Source: Candidatus Poribacteria bacterium
GTDB lineage: Bacteria; Poribacteria; WGA-4E; UBA9662
Assembly (NCBI GenBank): GCA_046582655.1
Contig: JAYGDX010000162.1
Coordinates: 1-11,689, forward strand
DNA length: 11,689 nt
Direction: 5' to 3'
In this document: positions 1-7,464 of the stretch, piece by piece
Layout: each line of letters starts with the position of its first letter
Numbering within the stretch: the first letter of the stretch is position 1
The notes under the pieces: generated by a model
Databases searched by the model: none
What the model saw: the letters and a program-made list of their open reading frames with translations, nothing else
Told to the model about the DNA's origin: nothing
Position numbers and translations under genes: made by a program

Positions 1-101
1 TGACACAAGGTTTGGCATCTGCATTGAATAACAAGTCAACAGCCATAGAACCCCGTGATAAACTGTCAACTAATTGGGCCACCATAAGGACCAATTATTA
101 A
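1..101 (+). CDS. 3' end (partial) of an upstream LamG-like jellyroll protein, paralog of 134-937
   Basis: The frame starting at nt 3 reads TQGLASALNNKSTAIEPRDKLSTNWATIRTNY* with TAA at 99-101. It is nucleotide-identical to 837-937, the end of the next gene. Confidence 0.9.
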   Translation, partial: TQGLASALNNKSTAIEPRDKLSTNWATIRTNY

Positions 102-133
102 TCTTTTCCGTACATATAGTTGGGTAATATAAG

Positions 134-937
134 ATGCGAAAAATTGTTTGCAGCCTGATGGTCTTCGGAGTCTGTTTAACGTTTGTCTGTCTAGCGTTCG
201 CAGCACCAATAGATATGAAGAAGGTGGAAGTCGCATATTTGTTTGAAGAAGGTGGGGGAAAAACAGCCAAAGATGTTTCTCCAAATAAAAGAAATGGGAC
301 TTTGGAGGGCGGGGTCAAATATGGGCCAGGCAAATTTGGTAAGGGGTTAGTCTATGATAGTAAAGATGATAACTTGATTGTGGAAGGTTATCGAGGTATT
401 GGTGGAAAAGATCCGCGAACGACTCTTTTTTGGTTTAAAAGCGAGTTTGCACGCGAACACTCCTGGGTCAAATGGGGGCCTAACGAGGCAACCAAGAAGT
501 ATTACGTTCGAGCACATGTATCAGGGGCGCAATGCTTTCTGCGGGTTGAAAATGCAGGAGGAAATAATTGGGGAGACGCTGATGTCTGTGATGGGAAATG
601 GCACCATCACGCGGTAGTGTTGCCAAATGGGGCTAAAGATGTTCAAGACTACAAAATCTACGTCGACGGCAAATTGAATAAGAAATTTGGCAAGGCCAAT
701 GCTATGAATACAGATAACAAGGCACAAGAAATAGTAATGGGGGATTTTTTGGCCCACCATGCCTTTATGCACGGCTCCTTTGATGAGGCGGCTATTTTTA
801 ACGTAGATCTAACAGCCGCGCAAATTCAACTGATTATGACACAAGGTTTGGCATCTGCATTGAATAACAAGTCAACAGCCATAGAACCCCGTGATAAACT
901 GTCAACTAATTGGGCCACCATAAGGACCAATTATTAA
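134..937 (+). CDS. Secreted LamG-like jellyroll (concanavalin A-like) domain protein, 267 aa, with conserved C-terminal tail
   Basis: Sec-type signal peptide MRKIVCSLMVFGVCLTFVCLAFA. LamG_3-type motifs AYLFEEGGG..AKD.S, GKFGKGL, DGKWHHHAVV, IYVDGKL and GSFDEAAIFNVDLT..QI. C-terminal AIEPRDKLSTNWATIR. Confidence 0.9.
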   Translation: MRKIVCSLMVFGVCLTFVCLAFAAPIDMKKVEVAYLFEEGGGKTAKDVSPNKRNGTLEGGVKYGPGKFGKGLVYDSKDDNLIVEGYRGIGGKDPRTTLFWFKSEFAREHSWVKWGPNEATKKYYVRAHVSGAQCFLRVENAGGNNWGDADVCDGKWHHHAVVLPNGAKDVQDYKIYVDGKLNKKFGKANAMNTDNKAQEIVMGDFLAHHAFMHGSFDEAAIFNVDLTAAQIQLIMTQGLASALNNKSTAIEPRDKLSTNWATIRTNY

Positions 938-969
938 TCTTTTCCGTACATATAATTGGGTAATATAAG

Positions 970-1783
970 ATGCGAAAAATTGTTTGCAGCCTGATGGTCT
1001 TCGGAGTCTGTTTAACGTTTGTCTGTCTAGCGTTCGCAGCACCAATAGATATGAAGAAGGTGGAAGTCGCATATTTGTTTGAAGTAAGGTGGGGGAAAAA
1101 CAGCCAAAGATGTTTCTCCAAATAAAAGAAATGGGACTTTGGAGGGCGGGGTCAAATATGGTAAGGGGTTAGTCTACGATAGTAAAGATGATAACTTGAT
1201 TGTGGACGGTTATCGAGGTATTGGTGGAAAAGATCCGCGAACGACTCTTTTTTGGTTTAAAAGCGAGAAAAGCGAGTTTGCACGCGAACACTCCTGGGTC
1301 AAATGGGGGCCTAACGAGGTAACCAAGAAGTATTACGTTCGAGCACATGTATCAGGGGCGCAATGCTTTCTGCGGGTTGAAAATGCAGGAGGAAATAATT
1401 GGGGAGACGCTGATGTCTGTGATGGGAAATGGCACCATCACGCGGTAGTGTTCCCAAATGGGGCTAAAGATGTTCAAGACCATAATATCTACGTCGACGG
1501 CAAATTGAATGGAAAAGCTGGCGCAGCAAATCCAATGAATACAGACGACAAGGCACAAGAGGTGGTGATGGGGGAGCCCTTAGCCCATCATGCCTTTATG
1601 CACTGCTCCTTCGATGAGATGACTATTTTGAGTGTGGACCTAACGGTGAAGCAAATTCAACTGATTATGACGCAGGGTTTAGCCTCAGCGTTAGCCATAG
1701 AGCCTAGAGATAAGCTATCGACTAACTGGGCAATAATAAGGCTGATCACCGTTGACGGTCCCAACAAAATCGTTGCCCATTAA
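970..1783 (+). pseudogene. Frameshifted LamG-like paralog; the ORF-track call 1139-1783 is only its downstream part
   Basis: ATG at 970 is equivalent to ATG 134 (+836). An extra T at 1085 (gaagaaggt > gaagtaaggt) shifts the frame to TAA at 1123-1125. It also has a 15-nt deletion near 1161, a 9-nt duplication at 1259-1276, G>C in the conserved GSFDE motif (HCSFDE) and a non-homologous C-terminal extension LITVDGPNKIVAH. Confidence 0.8.
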
Positions 1784-1825
1784 CTCTTTCATACCTTCCA
1801 CGTCTCCTGTAGCAAACTTTGTTAT
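1739..1825 (-). pseudogene. Possible remnant of a SnoaL/NTF2-like gene
   Basis: The minus frame reads ITKFATGDVEGMKELMGNDFVGTVNGDQP, resembling the F-x-x-G-D...L...D-x-V...G-x-x-P N-terminal pattern of SnoaL-like proteins. It ends where LamG homology ends on the + strand. Recognised by eye only. Confidence 0.3.
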
Positions 1826-1868
1826 CTATTGCGTGAGTCTTAATAAGTATTTAATAACCTAGTTGGTA

Positions 1869-2027
1869 TTAGCCGGTACCCTCCTGATACCCCGTAGGGA
1901 GACAATCCAGTGGGAATCGCCCTTTACCCTCGCCAGTCGCGATGCGCCACGGCGGTACGTACAAAGCGTCAGATAATTTTCCAGCGCAAACGAACGGGTG
2001 CCAAGACAGCTTAACCTCGGATTTCAT
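1869..2027 (-). CDS. Putative 52-aa small ORF or gene remnant inside the dispersed repeat
   Basis: MKSEVKLSWHPFVCAGKLSDALYVPPWRIATGEGKGRFPLDCLPTGYQEGTG*. Several differences from the repeat copies at 7873-7935 and 9845-9920 are synonymous in this frame. It lies 67 nt downstream of the co-oriented membrane protein gene. Confidence 0.3.
   Translation of the reverse strand: MKSEVKLSWHPFVCAGKLSDALYVPPWRIATGEGKGRFPLDCLPTGYQEGTG
1883..2010. repeat. Dispersed intergenic repeat, copy 1 (longest)
   Basis: 1948-2010 matches 7873-7935 at 57/63 nt without gaps. 1883-1956 matches 9845-9920 at about 59/76 columns with two 1-nt gaps. All copies are in the same orientation and share CACGGCGGT. Confidence 0.85.
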
Positions 2028-2094
2028 TCCCCATGCAGAAATTAGCGCTGATGAATCTCAATCACGACGAGATATTCTACAACCAAATTAATGG

Positions 2095-3960
2095 TTACCA
2101 GTTTTTGAAGGCGTACATTGGTTGGTTGGTGATCAAACTTACCACACTCCAGAAACTGCCGAGTACGAATTCCCCTAGAATCAATCCAATAAAAAATGGT
2201 AGTGTTACTCGATAGATACGAATGCCTCCCAATTTTAAGACCAGAAACTTTAAGGCCCAACCGCATAAGACTGAGGACCAAATCCAGTTCATTGCATAAT
2301 CATCTGCCAATGTATAACCAAGCGGATGGAACTGCCACCAAATTAATCTGGCTCGAAATATCAGCATGATTGAAGTCAAAAAGAAACCTATGGCAACTGC
2401 AATTAAAGCAGGTAGATCCGGTGGGGTAGGGAAGGTCAACCAGTTTTCCAATAAAGTATAAGGTTCTCGTCCAAAAGCTGAAACCGCATAGCTGGCGATT
2501 CCTTGAGAACCACCATATTGATAAAAAGCGTGTAATAGTTTCCACCAAACCGTAATCGCTCCGATGATACTACCAATAATTAAGGCAAAAAAGATACGAC
2601 GAGTATGGAATTGCTGTGCTTGCGCTAATTTCAAACTTTCCAACTGAATTGGCATTGGGTGACATCTGTAAGCTCGATTAAACCAGGAAAAGATGGCCAG
2701 CAGTGTTAGATTTTGGTTGCCTACTAATCGAGTGCCAGTTGCTAAAACTACCAATTTTTGCGGTCCCAAGTGGTGGAAGTCATGAACAGGGGCTCCGAGT
2801 TCAGCACGAATCCGAGAAATACCAACCGACAACATAAAATACAGGACAAAAAAGGAAGTTGCCACCCAAACCGACATTCCGGCATAGGTAGCAAAACTGA
2901 TCAGATAAATCCCACCTAGAATAACGTAGATAAATGCGACCCGCATTGAAATCGGGTCTCCGCTTTTTCGTTCGATTGATCGATAAGCGTCAACCAAAGC
3001 ATGTATGAAATGACGACGGCCAGCGAATAATGCAAAGGCGAATATCCCCATATAGGCACCAAACGATTGGTGGCGAGAATATGGGAATTCGGGTAAATTC
3101 CGCCAATCAAAAGTAGCCCCTAACACTTTTAAACCTTTCATCAACCAATAGAAAAACCAACATGAAAACGAAAGTTCATGTGGAATTAAAAATGCCATCG
3201 AGACCACAAAAGGGAAGATTCTTAACGGAATAGATCCAATTGCATTCCAAGGATAGTCGGTGAATCTTAAATTCAGACTCCAAATCAAAATTGGGATATT
3301 AGGAAATAAATAGGCCAATCCGTTGTAAAAAGTGATGCTGGCTGTAACCACAAAACCGAACCAAAACGGATATGATTTAAGCAGTTGCGTTTTCGGATCT
3401 AATAACGAAAGCGGTAATTGTGTAATTGGATAGGTTAATCGCTCATGTTCTACCCATTGACGACGCAGGATAGCTGATAACCCTGATGTAACGAAAATCA
3501 TTGCTGTCAGAAAGCTAATCCAAGCAACAACAATAGGTAGCCATGCCACTATGTATTTTTTTAGATGAAATTGGTCCCCACCTCGATAGAATCCATTTAG
3601 GATACCCCGATCATCGACGATCCACCAATTTGGCAAATAATCTAGAAATAGTTCTTGCCACTCGTTTTCTGGTGTAGCAAACCAAGTGGGGTAGGCTGTT
3701 ATCGGAACTAACACCTGTAACATGTCAACACCGGCAACAGCCGTCCCAATAGACACTGCAGCGTAGATAACCGACAATTCAGGAGTGGTTAAGACGAACG
3801 GTTTCCACCACCGGGGTAAGCATCTCTGTAGAAGAACTAAAACGAAAAGAAAAGCCACAACATGAAAAAAGATGGACATGGCTGTCGGGTAAGAAGCTCC
3901 ACCAACGGCACTTCCTCCACCTTTTGTAGCACCACCACTCAACATTTCCATTTTTAGCAT
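2095..3960 (-). CDS. Polytopic inner-membrane protein, DUF6785/DUF6784-like (putative transporter); true N-terminus probably extends to about 4050
   Basis: 621 aa with many hydrophobic helices. Motifs WFATPENEW, RRQWVEHERLTYPITQLP, RIRAELGAPVHD, WWQFHPLGY and PFFIGLILGE. It aligns by eye with the paralog at 10324. The family name is from recall, not from a search. Confidence 0.8.
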   Translation of the reverse strand: MLKMEMLSGGATKGGGSAVGGASYPTAMSIFFHVVAFLFVLVLLQRCLPRWWKPFVLTTPELSVIYAAVSIGTAVAGVDMLQVLVPITAYPTWFATPENEWQELFLDYLPNWWIVDDRGILNGFYRGGDQFHLKKYIVAWLPIVVAWISFLTAMIFVTSGLSAILRRQWVEHERLTYPITQLPLSLLDPKTQLLKSYPFWFGFVVTASITFYNGLAYLFPNIPILIWSLNLRFTDYPWNAIGSIPLRIFPFVVSMAFLIPHELSFSCWFFYWLMKGLKVLGATFDWRNLPEFPYSRHQSFGAYMGIFAFALFAGRRHFIHALVDAYRSIERKSGDPISMRVAFIYVILGGIYLISFATYAGMSVWVATSFFVLYFMLSVGISRIRAELGAPVHDFHHLGPQKLVVLATGTRLVGNQNLTLLAIFSWFNRAYRCHPMPIQLESLKLAQAQQFHTRRIFFALIIGSIIGAITVWWKLLHAFYQYGGSQGIASYAVSAFGREPYTLLENWLTFPTPPDLPALIAVAIGFFLTSIMLIFRARLIWWQFHPLGYTLADDYAMNWIWSSVLCGWALKFLVLKLGGIRIYRVTLPFFIGLILGEFVLGSFWSVVSLITNQPMYAFKNW

Positions 3961-4212
3961 CCATATAACAGAGATTGGAATTAGGAAATAGCTGAGTAAT
4001 TGTGCCCTTATTATACCAGTTTGATTTGCTGAGAAATTTCGGTCTGAGATAGGCCCTCGCTAGATATCAAAATGGTAAGGAAATAAAGTTGTTATTAACG
4101 TAAGCTAATGTTAACTTGAAACTTAAATCAGACAAAATCCTAGCGTCCAGTGTTATCGTTAGTCGGTTCGGATGCACAAAAATAATAAGGAGGGACAATT
4201 TGTTTCGTCATC

Positions 4213-4239
4213 AAGTTGAATGGATGGGATTTTCAACTT
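4213..4239. terminator. Stem-loop just downstream of the PhyH-family gene (possible terminator or mRNA-stabilising hairpin)
   Basis: AAGTTGAA-N11-TTCAACTT, an 8-bp AT-rich stem 14 nt after the stop codon. There is no clear U-tract. Confidence 0.3.
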
Positions 4240-4253
4240 ATGTCAATTTTAGC

Positions 4254-5135
4254 TTACGTCCTTTCCACGATTTGCAGGTCCCAGTTTTGCCAATAGTATT
4301 TCAGTTTATCATTTGGATCCCAGTCCTGATAGATATCCTCCCACTTCAGCCTTGCGTGGGGCATTAGAGAATCAACTCGAACCGGGTGACTCATCGGTTG
4401 ATAGCGAAAGTCGCAGGAAACGCGAAGTCGATCACCACTTAAGTTATCCCGACCTTGATGGATCGTTAAACTATGGAGAATAACCATATCACCACAAGCA
4501 TAGTCGCCACCAACCCAAGTTTGCTTCGCTTCCACCTCTGCCTGACGGCCTCCGGGACCACTGGCTTCTTTATGGGCCAATTTGCCGTGTTGATGCGATC
4601 CTTTGGCGATAACCAAACTGCCCAGCGAAACAGGACAATGCCCACAAGGGAGCCAAGCCGTCCATGTTTCTTCTGAACCTCCGATATGCCAATTGTCCTG
4701 ATGAGGAGGGGTTGAATGTAAAGCCGTATTGGGAAAGACAAGACGACAGATATTGCGACTGTGAGGTAAAACCGATTCACCAAAGAGAACCTCAAACACC
4801 TGAATCAAATTGTCATCCAAGGCCAAGTGATGGAAATCCCGTAGTTTCTGTACGTCCTCATAAAAGGCTCGCCATCTGGGATCGCCACTTTCTACTACCG
4901 TCAAATTTGGATTGGCTAACCCATCGGCTGAATTGGCTCCCTCTTGGGTCCAACCGTGGCTTTGACACACTAATAGAATTTGTTCACGGAGATTAAGAAC
5001 CTTAGCTGGATCCAGGAGGCCCGCAAAAAATAGGTATCCATCCTCAGCAGCTCGGTGTCTAAACACTTTGGGCTGCGAGAGTAAATCTGTTGAATCTTGT
5101 AGGGGTTCAACCTGAAACATATCTACCATTGCCAT
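4254..5135 (-). CDS. Phytanoyl-CoA dioxygenase (PhyH) family Fe(II)/2-oxoglutarate-dependent dioxygenase, 293 aa
   Basis: EDGYL near the N-terminus, HxD motif TPPHQD, WTAWLP, GSLVIAKGSH, distal His in GDMVILHSLTIHQG, and 2OG-binding Arg in RVSCDFRY. SD GAGGTG 5 nt upstream of the ATG (5141-5146). Confidence 0.92.
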   Translation of the reverse strand: MAMVDMFQVEPLQDSTDLLSQPKVFRHRAAEDGYLFFAGLLDPAKVLNLREQILLVCQSHGWTQEGANSADGLANPNLTVVESGDPRWRAFYEDVQKLRDFHHLALDDNLIQVFEVLFGESVLPHSRNICRLVFPNTALHSTPPHQDNWHIGGSEETWTAWLPCGHCPVSLGSLVIAKGSHQHGKLAHKEASGPGGRQAEVEAKQTWVGGDYACGDMVILHSLTIHQGRDNLSGDRLRVSCDFRYQPMSHPVRVDSLMPHARLKWEDIYQDWDPNDKLKYYWQNWDLQIVERT

Positions 5136-5170
5136 AAAACCACCTCACTATTTTCTAACCACGACTTGTT

Positions 5171-5176
5171 ATTATA
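5171..5176 (-). promoter_or_regulatory. Candidate sigma70 -10 box (TATAAT) for the PhyH-family gene
   Basis: Perfect TATAAT on the minus strand 35 nt upstream of the ATG. No convincing -35 element. Confidence 0.4.
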
Positions 5177-5628
5177 CAGGAAGACAGATCGATTAAAATA
5201 ACGTTTCTAAGATACAAGTTTCTGAACACCCATGACTGGTATCAAATTGACGTATTTGTTGCAGTACTGATTGTTATCCCAAAAATCATTAACCTTAAGG
5301 AACGAAAACTTAGGGTAATGTTTCGCCCGTCACTGGAGGTTCAGCCTCGAACATAAATGAAATTACCAGAAGACCATTCTTTTAATTGGATAAAACTTGT
5401 CCGGCAGGAAGTCGGCTCTATGTCGCCTAACCTCCATAACCAACATGCTGACGTATAGAGAAATTACTTCTGGCAACGGCAAATGCTGCAAACGAGGTTC
5501 GAAGAACGGATCTTAGTCCTGCTCCAATACTATTCCTCATTTCCTGAGTTGGTTAAACCGGCACCATTACAGGTTTATATGAATGACTTATTGGTTTAAT
5601 CAGTGGATTGGGGGTTGTCAGTAACAAG

Positions 5629-6411
5629 CTAAAAAGTTTTGTCTGCCTGTTTTAGTGAAGCCCAGCATGTTGCTAATTTGCTTCTCGACTCAACAGCAAA
5701 TGCAACCTCAAAACTTTTCATGATAGCTTCAAGTTCATCCGTACTAAGCGCTCGGTCATAAAGGAAAACTTCGTCCATGCCACCAACATAAGTTTCTCCA
5801 CCATATTTACCTAAACCCAGAGGATTACCTGGATTCGAAATTTTACCTTCTTTCTTGACACTGACATCCAATTTCCCGTTGATATAGAGTGAAAGCATCT
5901 TACCATCATAAGTTCCCGCGATATGGGTCCAAACCTTTGGCTTGACCTTTTTCTTGCCCCATGCTAAACCAATGCCTCCTGCATCTGTCCAAACAGCGAA
6001 AACCCAGCCATCCGGGTTTTGTTCCCCACCTGCTTGATCTTCCAAGAGATAAGAAGCATTCCGGCGATGGCCCGTATCGGATGGTTCATCTATACGGAAC
6101 CATCCACCCAAGCTCATTGCCTTTTCAAGACTGTTGAGACTATCGGTAATTGGAACGCTGACAGCCTTTTGGGGTTGGGTAACCACGGCATCCCCAAATT
6201 TACCTGCCTGGCCAGCTTTTGCTCCATTATCAAGAACCCCATGGTTCTTATTACCGGAGCTATCTTCAATATCTTTGTCTGCTCCATCGTCAAAGAGCCA
6301 AAGACCAACAAGTCCTTCACGAAGGTCTGCTTTGACAGGTAAGGTACTCAATGCACTTACTATTGCAATAATTGCCAATCGAGTAGACCAAGTATAACAA
6401 AATGCTTTCAT
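5629..6411 (-). CDS. Secreted LamG-like jellyroll domain protein, 260 aa, with conserved C-terminal tail
   Basis: Signal peptide ending in ...LPVKA|DL. Motifs GLVGLWLFDDG, DSSGNKNHG, GKFGDA, WTHIAGTYDG, LYINGKL and GGMDEVFLYDRALS. Tail AVESRSKLATCWASLK. SD GAGAGGA at 6420-6426. Confidence 0.92.
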   Translation of the reverse strand: MKAFCYTWSTRLAIIAIVSALSTLPVKADLREGLVGLWLFDDGADKDIEDSSGNKNHGVLDNGAKAGQAGKFGDAVVTQPQKAVSVPITDSLNSLEKAMSLGGWFRIDEPSDTGHRRNASYLLEDQAGGEQNPDGWVFAVWTDAGGIGLAWGKKKVKPKVWTHIAGTYDGKMLSLYINGKLDVSVKKEGKISNPGNPLGLGKYGGETYVGGMDEVFLYDRALSTDELEAIMKSFEVAFAVESRSKLATCWASLKQADKTF

Positions 6412-6534
6412 TGATTAGTTCCTCTCAAATTAAAGTAGAATTTTCAGGGATTTGTCTGAACAGATGATTTCCTGATTCAATATGATTATCAAATTACTGT
6501 TAGAGTTACTGTCAATAGCAGATAAAAATTCTAC

Positions 6535-7302
6535 CTATTTTTTTAGTGAGGCCCAACAGGTTGCTAATTTGCCTCTGGAGTCAACAGCTGTGGCAATGCT
6601 AAAACTTTTCATGATAGCTTTGAGCTCATCCGCACTAAGTGCTCGGTCATAAAGAAAAACTTCGTCCATACCGCCAACGTAAGTTTCTCCACCGTATTTA
6701 CCCAAGTTCAAAGGGACTTTTACCTGCATAACTTTTCCGGTTTTTGGAATGCTCACATCCAACTCCCCGTTGATATACAAGTATATTTTTTTGCCATCAT
6801 AAGTTCCCGCAATATGGGTCCAAACCTCTGGCTTGACCTTTTTCTTGCCCCATGCTAAACCAATGCCTCCTGCATCTGTCCAAACAGCGAAAACCCAGCC
6901 ATCCGGGTTTTGTTCTCCACTTGCTTGATCTTCCAAGAGATAAGCGCCATTCCGACGATGTCCCGTATCGGAAGGTTTATCTACACGAAACCACCCGCCA
7001 AGACTCATTTGGTTTTTTACACTATCCAGACTCTTCGTAGCAGGAACAGTAACAGCCTGTGTGGGTTGAGTAACAATAGCGTTCCCAAATTTACCTGTTT
7101 GGCCAGCTTTTGCTCCATTATCAAGAACCCCATGGTTCTTATTACCGGAGCTATCCTCAATATTTTTGTCCGTCCCATCATCAAAAAGCCAAAGACCAAC
7201 AAGCCCGTCACGAAGGCCTGCTTTGACAGGTAAGATACCCAATGTACTTACTATTGCAATAATTGCCAATCGAGCAGCCCAAGTATAACAAAATGCTTTC
7301 AT
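6535..7302 (-). CDS. Secreted LamG-like jellyroll domain protein, 255 aa, tandem paralog of 5629-6411
   Basis: Same motifs and collinear at an 891-nt offset. Tail AVDSRGKLATCWASLKK. SD GAGAGGA at 7311-7317. About 50 nt of upstream sequence is also duplicated (6412-6460 vs 7303-7352). Confidence 0.92.
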   Translation of the reverse strand: MKAFCYTWAARLAIIAIVSTLGILPVKAGLRDGLVGLWLFDDGTDKNIEDSSGNKNHGVLDNGAKAGQTGKFGNAIVTQPTQAVTVPATKSLDSVKNQMSLGGWFRVDKPSDTGHRRNGAYLLEDQASGEQNPDGWVFAVWTDAGGIGLAWGKKKVKPEVWTHIAGTYDGKKIYLYINGELDVSIPKTGKVMQVKVPLNLGKYGGETYVGGMDEVFLYDRALSADELKAIMKSFSIATAVDSRGKLATCWASLKK

Positions 7303-7379
7303 TGATTAGTTCCTCTCAAATTAAAGTTAGAATTTTCAGGGACTTGCCTGAAATCCTAGTTTACCCCTAATAATAATAT

Positions 7380-7388
7380 ATTATAGCA
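7380..7388 (-). promoter_or_regulatory. Candidate extended -10 promoter (TGcTATAAT) for the LamG pair
   Basis: The minus strand reads TGCTATAAT, 77 nt upstream of ATG 7302. Confidence 0.5.
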
Positions 7389-7464
7389 AGCAAAGATGCG
7401 TGATGCTACAAAGTGTGGTGCCAAATTTGTCTGACTTGAGGATCTTCTGGTTCAATATCCGTTA

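Larger units (their letters stand above)
1..1480 (+). repeat. Near-identical tandem direct repeat: 1-649 vs 837-1480 (period 836 nt at the left end)
   Basis: Manual alignment shows about 5 substitutions and 3 indels (+1, -15, +9). Identity drops abruptly after ...gatgttcaagac (649/1480). The left boundary lies outside the window. Confidence 0.95.

Noticed and set aside
66..1558. Short ORFs 66-284, 70-333, 378-617, 521-772, 906-1121 and 1352-1558
   Set aside because: They are antisense or alternative-frame shadows of the LamG genes. Their recurrence simply reflects the DNA duplication.
600..1741. Diversity-generating retroelement (TR/VR pair) as the cause of LamG variation
   Set aside because: Differences are not adenine-specific and many are synonymous third-position changes. 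No reverse transcriptase is present in the window.
2033..4996. Short ORFs overlapping the membrane protein and PhyH genes (e.g. 2033-2215, 2300-2548, 4116-4367, 4466-4795, 4664-4996)
   Set aside because: They overlap well-supported genes and have no recognisable motifs.
5200..5620. Possible small ORFs or gene debris between PhyH and the LamG pair (e.g. a 33-aa + ORF MKLPEDHSFNWIK...)
   Set aside because: No recognisable family, no well-spaced SD and no second copy. A blastx search would be needed.
6019..7233. Paired 107-aa antisense ORFs 6019-6342 and 6910-7233
   Set aside because: They are mirror frames of the two LamG paralogs, and the duplication explains their similarity.
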